DNA of 39,932 bases, from positions 1-39,932 of the forward strand of contig BDIP01000036.1 of the NCBI GenBank assembly GCA_003568945.1. Reading direction: 5' to 3'. The notes under the pieces were generated by a model. The model saw only the letters and a program-made list of their open reading frames with translations. It was not told the origin of the DNA and searched no databases. Positions 12,501 through 25,500 of this stretch are shown here, one piece after another. Made by a program: the position numbers and the translations under genes. Origin of the DNA: Kipferlia bialata. Its lineage: Eukaryota. Position 1 is the stretch's first letter, and the number at the start of each line of letters is the position of its first letter.

Positions 12501-15500
12501 CACACCCTGCTGCCAGCCACGGTCCGCAGGATCTGAGTATGAATAGGTGTATATACAGACATATAGATATACATACTATATGTATACTATACATATACAC
12601 TGATCAGACACACCCTGCTGCCAGCCACGGTCTGCAGGATTTGGGGGTGAGTGTATGTATATATATATAGAGAGAGAGAACGTATATACTGGTGATCTAA
12701 CAACCCCCATACCTCGAGTCTGTGCTGTGCGATGGGCAGTCTCTCAGCGGCATATCGGGCCTGACAGGGTGAGTGGAACACAACGAGATATAGAGATAAA
12801 TATATAGATAACGGAAGAGACAACATACCTGAATAGGATTCGAAATTAACATGTTAAACACCTGTATACATAAATGTATAACCCACCTCCTTGACCCTCT
12901 TTATGCACTCTTCCACTGCTGCTGTCAAGGGTACTCTATCCCCAGACAAGGCACGCACGGCAAGGCCTGGGGGGTGAATGATAGTGGTAACTAGTATAAT
13001 ATAAAACACAATACTAATATATACTATATGTATACACTCCAGAGCACGCATATCATGACCCAGGCGATAGTGTACTTTGTACCCCACTACTCAGATATAT
13101 ACGAGTACCCCCGTACCCATGTCACTGGTTGTGCTTGGTGCATCGTGTAGCTGTGTGGTTGTGCCCACCCTGACCCAGGGACACTGGGCACCCGAGGCCC
13201 TGGGGTCACTCTGAGTATATATATGTATAAGTAATCACTTAATGATATAATCAGATACCCTGTTAACTAGTATTGCCATGCACCCACCTGACGAAAGGGT
13301 TATTGTCACTGGGCACTCTGACATAGACCACCACAAACACAAGCATGTAGGGCTGGGGGTGAGTATGATATGGATGCGGAGAATACTACATAGCCACTGA
13401 CTCTCACTGCTACATAGGCATGTCTTCTCTATCACCCTGCCACTCTTCCAGTAGCAATATCAGCGTCATAACAGATTATAGATATTGACATCGGTATCCT
13501 CCCTCACCTTCCTGCCACTCTTCCTGAGTCCCTCTAGCTCTGCTGTCTCTGCGGCACTCCTGCCAATGACCATCTTGGAGGAGGGAGGGGTGGCTGGGGG
13601 TCAGGGGTGTGCAGACACTAATAGTGAATCAGTATAGTATATGTATTGATACGATAATAGATGTCACCATACCCAGTGGCACCAAGTGGTACTGGATGGT
13701 GTTGGGTGGCAGCTTGGGCAGGAAGGAGAACATCACACGGCCCAGGACCTGGGGGTCAGAGCTCTAATTACGCCGAGGTATAATAAATAAATAAATTAAA
13801 AAAAAGAAACACCTATATATTGAGTGATGATATAGATAGATACATAATCAGTATCTACAGCTGTACCCACCTGTCCGACCAAGTCTCTCTCGTGGGTGGA
13901 CAGGAACACACCTGGAGATGAATATAGGGATAGGTAAATACAGTATACACCAGTAATACATATGTATAAGAAGATGGTCTCTCTCGTGGGTGGACAGGAA
14001 CACCCAGGGCGTAGGGTGCATGAGAGTATAGTGCAAATGGAAGGGAAAGCAACCACAGTAAGACAGACAATACTAGGCGTGTGTACCTGTTGCCCTCATT
14101 GTACTGTCATTCACTCCATAGAGCAGTACCCCACCGGCAGTGTTGACAAAGGAGGACAGGGTGCGGCTGGAGGGTAAGACAACATCAATGTATATCACTG
14201 TATTGCATATACTAGTATATATATATGAACCTGATATCATAGGCTAAGTCCTTCTCCACGTTCTGTATGGGCTCGTCCCTCCTCCTCATCTCCTTGAACT
14301 CCACAGAGGGGGACTCCTGGAGGGGGATCTGGGGTTAGAACTGAATGAGACATATATGAGGGTATAACCATGTGATATCATGTACATTGAACTCTATGGA
14401 CTCTTGGAGAGGGATCTGATTGTGAGAGAAACATTCATGTACTGTATACAACTGAGCATCCTCTAAAATAGATATATATATTGAATTCACTACATATACT
14501 AATATGAAATGAAATATGAATGGATATATCCAAGTAATCCCACCTCTGAGTCCAGATAGAGAGTCTTCTCTCCAGACAATATTGACCTGGGGGTGAGGGG
14601 TAGGGGGGATAGGTGGTTGTAGGATAGAGAGTATAGTACTAATATATTAAGACAAGTATACCTCAGTGCCTCGAGCATGTCTGGTGTGGCCGAGTATGAT
14701 ATACACACATATATATATAGGTATATATCATATTATAGACATATTACTATTATATACCTGAGTGCCTCGTGCATGTCTGGTGTGGCCGAGCAGGATGTCT
14801 TCTATCACACAAATATATATTAAACATATATGTATATATCTATCACTAAGCACATCTATCACTAATGTATACACTATACACATATACTTACCTCAGCGCC
14901 TCGTGCATGTCTGGTGTGGCCGAGCAGGATGGCTCCAGGTACAGACCATCACTCGAGATGGACTGAGGTGGGAGGGAGAGAAATAGGGGGGGGAGATATA
15001 TATATGTCAAAGGCAGATGGACTGGGGTGAGAGAAATAATATATATAGAGAGAGTGGGGTGATGAAGAGAGAGGCAGGGAGAGATATATATGTCAACTTG
15101 ACATGGACTGGGGTGAGAGAGGGGAAGGAAAACAAAGAGAGAGAGAGAGAGGGAAAGAGAAAGCTGGCTAACTCAATCCAACACCAACTTTCAGAGAATA
15201 CCAATCACACCAGTCCAGTCAACAACAATACGTATACATACATTCATATAATACCCCATGTATATATTCACCCAGGATAGGTACACATTCAGTCACAGAA
15301 CACTCCCTATATACACATGTCACACGGACACCAATGCTAACCTCACCACTACCTGTCTACTTGTTCCACGACACTCGGAGACCAGTCATTAACACACACA
15401 CCCAGACCACAAACCATGTATACTTATGTACGTATATATATGTGAGTGTATGTATAGGTATAACCACCTTGCCTATCTGGGGTATGTGTCTGAACAGTCC

Positions 15501-15578
15501 CTGCAGCTCCAGAGGCTGGGCAGTGTCAACCCCATCTACTTGGGCACTGGACACACTGGTACCACCCTCTCCCGTCAT
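1886..15578 (-). CDS. Schlafen/AlbA_2 domain fused to a DExH-box (DEAH/RHA family) RNA helicase; ~50 short exons
   Basis: Hand-spliced exons give: start MTGEGGTSVSS (ATG 15578); AlbA_2 motifs ESPSVEFKE (exon 14231-14328), SSFVNTAGGVLLYGVND (14087-14166), WVRVGTTT (13117-13199); LPIAQHR; Walker A GVTGSGKSTQVP (~12380-12495); Ia QQRRLAA; VGYHIG; II VVDE|VHER (~11714/11470); III MSAT; IV VFLPG; ILHSS; V ATNIAESSITLP (~9660-9700); VI QRSGRVGR (~9440-9470); PEIQR, TPLG..LP and SD (WH/HA2 region); YLHPNS (OB-fold); ends ...GFDPLNME* (TGA 1886-1888). Confidence 0.9.
3627..4055 (-). repeat. Five copies of an exon 3' end plus donor (GCLMVAAVTR|GT) separated by AT-rich spacers
   Basis: Copies at ~3627-3660, 3706-3740, 3820-3855 and 3932-3965, plus the true exon end at ~4023-4055. 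Confidence 0.9.
6580..6920 (-). repeat. Four copies of acceptor plus exon 5' end (AG|TPVGDDPHW) separated by (CT)n/(AT)n
   Basis: Plus-strand motif TCCAGTGGGG..CCAACAGGGG recurs at ~6587, 6674, 6799 and 6889. Confidence 0.9.
9859..9940 (+). repeat. Intronic 16-bp minisatellite (TATGTGTAAAATAACG) x5
   Basis: Five near-perfect tandem units are directly visible. Confidence 0.9.
13117..14328 (-). other. Schlafen/AlbA_2 (putative RNase) domain-encoding exons within the helicase gene
   Basis: Phase-compatible exons give IPLQESPSVEFKEMRRRDEPIQNVEKDLAYDISRTLSSFVNTAGGVLLYGVNDSTMRATGVFLSTHERDLVGQVLGRVMFSFLPKLP...YMLVFVVVYVRVPSDNNPFVRASGAQCPWVRVGTTT. This matches the E-x4-EFK, (S/A)F(A/V)NT-x-GG-x-L-x-x-GV-x-D and terminal (Y/W)xRxG(S/T)xT pattern of AlbA_2/Schlafen core domains. 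Confidence 0.88.
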
Positions 15579-15814
15579 ATCTACAGACAGGAAGAGTGAG
15601 GAACAGTGCGTAGACAAGAAGAGAGGACGGTTACCGACACCTACGACATTCTCTACACCCCGTACACACAAACACCTGGCTGACCACCATCGCACTCTCT
15701 ACAGCCACTGGTCAGGTGAGAGTCTCAGTGCCCACAAGCAAAACATCCAGCAATCCGAGCAGAAACCGCTCTTTCTAACTCCAGTGGCCGTCCTTACCAC
15801 CTGAGTATCATCCA
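15579..15814. promoter_or_regulatory. Short divergent (bidirectional) intergenic/promoter region
   Basis: About 236 bp separates the predicted minus-strand ATG (15578) from the predicted plus-strand ATG (15815). It contains no microsatellite. Confidence 0.5.
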
Positions 15815-16087
15815 ATGCCGCCTAGACCCAGTCCCAAGCAGGGCAAGACAGGTGGGGGTGGGGGTGGTCGTTATTACTTGCTATACTGGAGGATAGAGCG
15901 GTTTTCACGTCTTCTATACTTGTGATGAGCCGGTGTGGGCTCAGGAGTGTGTATATGAGTGTTGGAATTAGTGAATGTGACATATTCAGTCTATTGAGTA
16001 CTCTATTCCATATGCCAGAATCATATCCTCTACAGGGCCAGTCTTTTCTTATGTCTTCTATTGATACCACTGGTTCCCTACTTCGTC

Positions 16088-16121
<34 letters not shown>

Positions 16122-19100
16122 CCCTCTCTCTCTCTTTCTCCCCCCCCCCCCCCTCCCTCTCTCTGTCTGAACACCCTTAATGGCAGGTGTGTCCACTGTG
16201 TCCAGCGCCTCCTTCTTCGGGTCCCAGCACGAGATGTACCTACCTAGGTATATATATGTATATATACACTATGTATATACATTAGTGGATTGGTCCTAGG
16301 TACATATGATGTGTACCTACCTTGGTACATATATGCATAGCATGAAGTATACGTAGGATGATGACACATGAGCCCTTATTCTTACAACCAGGCTGGTCAT
16401 TGACCTTGACCTCATCGACAGTGGCCTTGGGGTGCAGGAGTCACACGAGAGTCCACTCCAGGCATGCACGCTGTATATACATCTATACATCGATTCCCCT
16501 CACTGTATTGCTATACACTAACAATCCTCTTTGTAAATGATTATAGTATACGAATATGATATAAATATACCCTTACCCTTAGCACACAATCTGGGGCGCC
16601 ATGAATCTCAGCAGCAGAGACGAGCAGATTGCAGCATTTGTCAGAATGGCCATCGTGCTCTCATGTGGTAAGTCACCATCGCTTTAGTACAGTTGCGTAA
16701 GTATATATATATTGCTTACAGGTAGGTCTCCCTGCGGCTCTTGCCCTGCCTCTCGAGGAGCCCTCAGAGGTGGAGGGATCCCACATTGACATGAACGTGT
16801 CACCCTTCAAGGTATCTCTTTCTCTCTCTATACATATATTTATACATTCCGGCCCTAAATCTTAGCTATATGTCTATTCTGTGAACTCACTGCAGGTTTT
16901 CCCAAGTGGAGACATCAAGTCCTCCATCACATCCAAGTTCACCAGTGAGAAGACACTCTTCAGCAGAGTACTGATGCACATACCAGGTAACTCCTAGTAT
17001 ATTACTGGATACAATTTCTAACTCGATGCGTCGTATCTTACTCGATAGGTGACATGCTGCACAAGTCCCCTCTCCTCAGGGCCACTGTGACGTCCTTCAA
17101 CAAGGGACTCCTGCCCCCAGTCTTCTCAAGGTACCCTACCTTCCCTCCGTCTGCACTCTCTCTCCGTCTACACCCTTAATGCCAGGGCTGCTCTAGGCCA
17201 GATGTTCCTCGCACTTGGGGAGAAGTTCACTCTCCCCCAACCAGATGCCTCACTTCTCACAATGAAGCTGGCACAGCACCTGGTACGTCTCTCTCTGTCT
17301 CTTTCTCTTTCCCTGTCCATTCTTTGCCACACATAAACTCACTTCCAGTCAGTTGTCGTGACAAGCCGCAGTGCCCCTGTGGCTCGTATGTCACACGGTC
17401 TGAACCTCGCATACCCGAGCAGGTATCGCAAGCAATTATCTGCACTCTCTTACATACATGTAGTCCTATTCGATCCTTACAGTCTAGGTTTGGACCCCTT
17501 CTCCAGGCATCCACCAGTGTGTTCAAGTTCCTCGAGAGCAAGTTCGGAAGGCGCATCCCAGCAGCAGCATTCAAGGTACTATATCGCGTAGTTTCTCTGT
17601 CTAGTCGCGTAATATACATCTGACACCCAGGTCTTCTTTGCCAGAGTGGCAGTGCTCTTTGACTGCATTGTGGAGGAGTACCCTCGGTGAGTAATACACG
17701 TACATAATACCTTAGGTTATGCAATGTAGAGACATCTGTCGCACTCTTACATTATATAGTATTCTTACGCGATTTATATATAGTTCTCTTTGACTGCATT
17801 GTGGAGGAGTACCCTCGGTGAGTAATGCACACTTACCACCATTTATGTACGCACCTACACACATATTGTTGCAATTGAGTGATCCATTCTGACCCCAGCC
17901 ACTCTCCCCAGTTTGACCAGTTCACCTTCTGGGCCATTGCAGCCATGGAGAGGTACTGACATACCTACTATCAGTCTGACAGGCTTCCATTCATATGATA
18001 TATGTTTTATTATATATATTATTATATGATCTCTCATACATTATTATATATAATTATATACTATTATATATTATTATACAGTATAATAATGATGTGTTCT
18101 AACACCTAGGTTCTGGGCCAAGGCCAAGGCTGACAGGACAGAGTTTGCAGCGACCAAGAAGAGTCTCAAGAAGCATGAGGTATATATACGCTCCACATCA
18201 TATACACGAGCAATACAATTTTCCATAATTACGATATGCTTGCCTTACCTTCAGACTGCCCTGCTCGCAGACCTACCCCCTGATGCAGCTGAGAGGACAG
18301 CACTGCAGAGGAGCATTGCTAACATCAAGGTTAGTATATTTACGCATAGAGTATGCTCTAGGTCTTGCACATTACAGACATGTTGCATTGCAATTCTATA
18401 TATTGTATATACAATCCGTCTCTCTCACCCCAGGAGAGCATCGACATCGTGTCCCCCAGGGCAGACACCAACGAGGAGGAGATGAAGTCACTCGTGGTCA
18501 GGTACGCCATTCATATCACATTACCGCGTAATAATATGTTGTATTCCCTCACCCCCAGAGGAGGCAACCTCGCCGCTGTCTACCTCTTCTCTGAGGAGAT
18601 GTGGACCCACAGGCGCAAGGATACCTTCAAGAAGCTGATTGCAGAGGTATGTGGCTACCTCCTACACGATATAGTTTCTTACACGATACCTAACCACTAG
18701 ACCTACCACTCCATTGGTGTAGAGAAGCCCCCCGACTTCTCCATCTCTGTCTCCCTCTTCCTCTCTGGCCTGGCCTCTGGACAGTACCACTTCATGTTCC
18801 CAGAGAAGCAGAGCCTCAACCCATTCCTCTGGCTCTATGCAGGTACCACACACTCTCTCTCTCTCAACCAGTCACGTTACATTTCTGCGAAATTTTCACC
18901 TCTTAGCTCGCTTATCCCTTGGCGCTCTTCCAGCTGTTGACACTGCTGTTTTCCATCATGTGTCAGTATCATACTCCCTCTAATCCTCTCTTCTCTCTAA
19001 TTGTACTAACCCTAGGTGCCCTTCCTGCCGTTGACACCGCTGTCCTATCGTGTGTCAGGGCATGCATCGGTGCCATCATGTACCCACCTGGCATACCATT

Positions 19101-20273
19101 CATGGACAATACTAACGGAGTGGAGGTGGGTATATATAGATAGATATATATATATGGGTGTATATATAGTGTATATATACTACCATTGTATATATTAGTG
19201 TGTATATACACCCCTGGCATACCATTCGTGGACAATACCAATGGGGTGGAGGTGGGTATACACTAACGATTGTGTATCTTCCATTATATCTCTCTGTATT
19301 CACCCTAAATATATAAGTTGCCACCTGTGTGCAGATGTGGAAAGACGGCCTTCTCTCTCTCTGTGTCTGTATCTCTCCTTCTACACCCTTAACATACAGG
19401 TTGCCACCTGTGTTCAGATGTGGAGGGATGGCCTACTTGAGTCACTCAAGGCAGACAACACCAGAGAGAACAACCAGAAGCTGCTAGGTACCTATTACAA
19501 TATGATTAATTATAGTGAACTAAACTATCTGATTGTGCCAATGACTTCTCACCTGCAGCTGTAGCCCGTAAGCAGTGCCCCATCACCGTTGTCAACATCG
19601 ACCACCCTGGCAGTGTGTTCTTCCCAATTGCAGTCAGGGTATGTACTCTCTCTCTCTCTCTACTCTTATCGCAGTCAGGGTATGTACAAACACTCTAAAC
19701 GGCATTCACATAAGTATACTATATCATGAGTCTCTAACCCCTAGGCCCTTGAGAATGGCCACCCCCTCATCTTCCTCTAGTTCTCTCTCTCCTTCTACCT
19801 AAGTGCCACTATTCTCGATAGCTAAACTGAACTTCTAACTTTGTAGGCCCTTGAGAACGGCCACCCCCTCATCTTCCTATCACATGGTGTGGGTACAGAT
19901 GAGGCATGGACCTTCTTCAGTCACGTCATCAACCTGGTGGTGGGCAGGAGCACAAGGTATCGCGTAATAACTATAATCGCGTAGTTACTAGTATTCCTTA
20001 CGTTCTTCTTACACGATAGGCGCGGCCAGGTCCTGCGCTTCAACGACGGCCGCTACCGTGTGAGAGTCAAGACTCCCCTGCACAACATGAGGATATACAT
20101 CGCCATGCCCGCAGCATACTACAGGGTGAGACATAGACTGTGTAGAGAATCTCTAGTATAAATCACTCCTATTCTCCGTTCATCTATATCCCTCTTTGCT
20201 TACACCCAGGCCAGAAACACCTTCCTGGACTGCCGCCCCATGAAGCCAACGCTGACACTACAGGTACACTCTG

Positions 20274-20313
<40 letters not shown>

Positions 20314-22502
20314 ACTCACTGGTCCCATCTGTAACTGTAACTTCTATACTCATCTGTCTATACCCAAACTCTCTCCCTCTACACCCTCAATACCAGATTC
20401 TGGATGTGTTCCAGAGGGCATGCCCGGAGGGAGATATTGGGCCATTCCAGGAGGTATACGATATATCTCCACACAGCTCAGTTGTTTCATACTATAGGAC
20501 TACATACAATATGAATCTTTATATATTTTTTAGTATTGCTATGTTACGCGATACTGACCTCCTAGGCTGCCCTCAAGGAGTCTGCTGCCCACAAGGCCAG
20601 GCAGCAGTACTGGCATGTGCTGAGAGACATGTCCAGACAGCTCATCACACTCAAGCCGGGGTCAGGTAATGCTACATATATCCATCTCTTCATTTGTCAG
20701 GTACTGACCTGCATATACTAGCTAATACTCATATAGTACTGTATATATATGTGTGTAATCTCTATTCTGAGAGACATGAGTAAACAACTCATCACTCTCA
20801 AGCCGGGGTCAGTATAACGACATCTATCTCCCTCTTAATTTCGGACTCTGAGTGCTATATCTCTATATTCACATAGTGCTTAACCCATCAGCTTCTGCCG
20901 ATGTCATCAGATCAGGGAGTGCCCTGCTAGACCTGGCACAGGAGGTGCAGACCACTCAGGCAGCATGTGCCAACCAGTGGGTCAGGTATGGGGATATTTG
21001 TATATTTCTATACATACATTCCCATAAACTTTATGTGTGTGAATTTATCTCTCACCCCCAGGCGTGGCATTGACTATGGCCTAGCCATGCCCATCAGAAT
21101 GGTGGAGAGCCACTTCCGCTCATTCCCTGCTCCCATTCTCAGAGGTATGTGCCTGCCCTTCTCTCACTACTTATCTTCCCCTATAACTGAAGTATATACA
21201 ATAGAATTATATATATTCTTTTGTTGTGCCGATGTACTCTTAATGCAGGCGCTGCCACTGTTGAGAAGCAGATGGTCTTCCTCACCGAGCGTGTGAGTGA
21301 GTTTGTCCTGGACAAGGGTGAGGCGCTATGGGACATGCCGAATACTATCAACTAGACAATGTATACATTGATGCGAGTCTTTGACACTCTTCCCTAGGCT
21401 TCACCAACTCATCATATATATACATATATGATATATGGGTGAGACGCTATGGTTCTCCCTATACTCATACTATTTTGAGGCTAGTCTGGGATACTCACCT
21501 CTTAGGTTTCACCAACCTGACCCCTCCCTCCGTGGCACAGCTTTTCTCAGACTCACTCGGCCGTCTGGTACGGGTTGCCTAGATGCATGTACTCTCTCAC
21601 AATATCATCACTTTTAACGATTTGTTCATTCATCATTTACCAATGAGATGGTATAAATTAACTGGTGGTAGTATATATCACGATTGATGTCAGGTTGCCT
21701 CCACTGTAGCACCCAACGTGCTGTTTGAGATGGGCCAGTTCCAGGTGTATTTACATACGTCTCTCTCTCCCTTGCTCTAATTATATACTATATATATTTC
21801 AACAGTCTCTCAATACATTGCGTCTCATGCCCCACTTGTCCTTACACTGCAGGTCCTGATGCTCCTCTACAACCTCATCAACCTGCTGATGCGTGGTGAC
21901 TTTGACACTGCTACCTGTGACGCAGCCATGTATGCAATGTCACACAACTGGAAGGCGGTGAAGGGGCGCGTAGATACCAAGTACCACGAGGTATCGCGTA
22001 TTTTTACTACACTTGGAAAACTACGCGGTGTTACTCACCCCCAGTCTCTGCTACCTGTGCTCAAGACTAGAGGCACACCCCTCTCCAAGCACGCTCTGCT
22101 GAAGAGTGCCTTTGAGAGACTCAGCTGGCTGGAGGTACATTGACCCTATACTATTCCATAATATACTATGCTATCCTTCTACCCGCTAGTCCCCCGCCCC
22201 TGTCTTCCACGGTGTATGTACTGCTATATATACATATATGTTTATGACTGTATGTATACTATCTATATATATATATATATAGTATTTACCTCAGTCCTCT
22301 GCCCCTGTCTTCCACGGTGTCTGTGCCTCTATCCTGGAGTGTGATGAGGCATTTGCAGAGGCTATTCTGTTGGTCAACAACATTGATGCAGGTAATGCCC
22401 ACACTCTCTCTCGCTCTCTAAGTGAGTGTGTATACCCCTTATGCCAGGCACCGAGCTTCTGTCCTATGTCCTTGGCAAAAACTGCAAGAGACCTTCCATC
22501 TA

Positions 22503-22553
<51 letters not shown>

Positions 22554-25500
22554 ACATCTATATGTGGATACCCCTTACACAGGCACCGAGCTTCTGTCCT
22601 ATATCATTGGCAACACCCCCAAGAGAGAGTACATCATGGGGCAGAACCACCACTCCAAGGACAAGCTCAGGTACTTTCTCTCTCTTTCTCTCTCTCTCTG
22701 TTTCTCTCTGCACCCTTAATCTCAGGCTGCCTGAGATGCTCGGCACTGTTCTCTGTGACGGTACACTGGCCAAGAACTACACAGTCCTCTGCTGCCTCAA
22801 CCCTGCATCGGCTCTGGTACGTCTCCATTTCTCTTTGTCTCTTTCTTTTCGACACGATTGCGTGATACTAGGTCTCGATGGGTGCCTGGATGCGTGCCTT
22901 TAGCTCTGCCAAGTACATCCAGATGGGCCAGGACAATATCGCAGACTTCAGAGAGAAGGTATCACATTCACATCTTACGCGATACTCTTAGAGCTACACG
23001 GTCATATAGTACCTAACCCCCAGAACATGGCTGCTGCACAGCAGCTCAAGATGCCTAGGATGAGAGTGCAGGTACGATTGAAAGAACATCACTCAGATTC
23101 TTTTGTGTCTGTAGGTTACTAGTGTATATATATGACGGGTTCTTCTGAACTCTAGGTGCACGACATGGTCAACACCCTCCGTTCCTTCTCTAAGGCCGTT
23201 GATATACTAATTTTCATTATATATAGTATCATGCTGCTAATGCTAGGTGCACGACATGGTCAACACTCTACGCTCCTCCTCTAAGGCCGTGGCCATCGGT
23301 GTCATGTGTGCACCTGTCGATGCATTCCCATTCCTGCATGTCACAATGGTGCTGTCCCAAGCAGGTTCGTTGTCTATTATTCTCTCTTCTATACCTAAGA
23401 ACTCCTTCACATCCATTATTATCCTTTTCTTCTCTATATGTCTGCCCTCACCTCCAGGGATGCAGCCTGTCTACGGCCTCTTCAACCACATGCCCCCAGA
23501 GAGAGTCGCAGTGGTGCTATGGGTGAGTCAATACCTGTTATCCCCAATGTGGTCTCCTGCATTGTTATATATATTATATAACATGCTAACATATAACGTG
23601 TTATAGGTACTATATATTTGACTCTCGTAAAGTGTATGGTAGTTCTGACCCTCAGGAAACCATCAAGGAGACTACGTCCATCTCATAATCTCTCCTTATG
23701 CTCTGTCTATTAGTTTTGTTCATTTCTGATACTGATGATACTGATACTGATATATCTATTAGTTTTGTTCATCACTGACCCTTTAGGACACCATCAAGGA
23801 GAAGAAGCCCACAGACAGGGTGTTCCACCAGCCAGTCAAGATGGTGGTCATCATGCCGAGGTACAGAGCTATTCCTCTAAATACCCATGAGGCATTGAAT
23901 TGAATCTTAGTCTAACCTCCAGACATGCCGAAAAGCAGAACCCTGACCTCGCACAGTTCCTGGTGGGCAAGAGCATCTACCAGATGTGTCTGCGGTACGT
24001 ACCCACTATATTCTCATGTAATATGTGATGTATATGTTGCCTTGGCTTTCCTATTCTTACTTCAGTGTGCAGCGTGACCCTGTCCGTGCAGCATACACCA
24101 AGATACCAGGGCCAGGTATAACCAACAATCTCTCTCTCTCTCCCTCTACACCCTTTAACCATCAGCCTGGATGGGTCTCTCCCCCACCCCCCACTTCCTG
24201 ACCCCCACCCCTGGTATCCCTGCCTTTGTCTCCCCTGCCTTCAGTGCAGCCATGCAGAGGATGTATGCAGGTACTGTCTCTCTCTCTCTCTCTGTCGCTA
24301 CACCCTTTACCTCAGGTGTTGCCCTGACCTTTGCCCAGAAGCAATTCTCTCTCTCTCTCTCTCTCTGTCGCTACACCCCTAACCTCAGGTGTTGCGCTGA
24401 CCTTTGCCCAGAAGCAGTACCACCCATCATTCCAGAGAAGAGGAGCAGGTATGATTCTCTCTCTCTCTCTCCCTACACCCTTAATGTTAATATAGTCAAC
24501 TGACTCATTGTGTATGTATCTCTCTTTCTCTCTCCACCCTTATTCCAGGCATGGAGTGGTTCATCAGTGTGACTATATGCGTGAGACAGGTCTCCACCTT
24601 GGCAAGGTATGTGTTCTCTCTCTCCCTCTACACCCTTTCTCTCTCCCCCTACAACCTTAATCCCAGGTTCATGGTGCACTATGGCCAGGATGCCTCTCAC
24701 ATCTACAGTAGACCACCCCTGCAGAGGGTGACTGCTAAGAGCAGGGTATGTTCTCTCTCCATCTACACAGTGTTAGTTGTGTCATGACCCAGACCAGGGC
24801 GTACATTTACTACTACTTCTCTTTCTCTCTCCCCCCCCTCTCTGCACCCATAACGTCAGTTGGCCCGTGGACCAGCCAGAGGAGGGCGCAGCAGGGACAG
24901 CGACGTCAGGTATATTTACGTTATAGTATATTTTATATAGTATATTCAGACATAAGCATTCTTCTACTATTCTTAAGTCTACTTTTACTTTGGTTTGCTG
25001 GTCATCTCCCTGTCCAATGACCTCATTGAGAAGTATATCCAGATATTCTCTGTCTTCTATTATCTCTAACATACTTATACTTAGGTTCGCCGGTCATCTC
25101 TCCCTCTCCAATGACCTCATTGAGAAGTGCCAGCAGAACCCAGCCACGGACATGTTCAGGACATGGTCGTGGCCTAGTCAGTTCCAGTCAGGTACGCGAA
25201 ACTACAAATATTTGTATATACCTCAGTCTCTCTCTCTCTGACCATTAGGCGTTGTCTCCCCCCTCAACAACATGGCCATCCTGAGATACCTCAGACTGCT
25301 GACTGACACTATCTGTTACGAGGGACCCAGTTCATACCTCACACAAGTGCAGGTACATACAATCACAGTCTCTCTCCTTCTCTCTCTAGACACATAATTC
25401 TTATCTCACACAAGTGGAGTTACTCTCTCTTCCCCTCTGTCTCGCTCTAGACCATCATTTCTTAAGAATCAAGTTGACTTGCCTACTGATTCTCTCTTTC

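Noticed and set aside
15922..16170. Poly-proline ORF, and the many YIYI/SLSL-rich ORFs across the window
   Set aside because: They are translations of intronic poly-C, (AT)n and (CT)n tracts.
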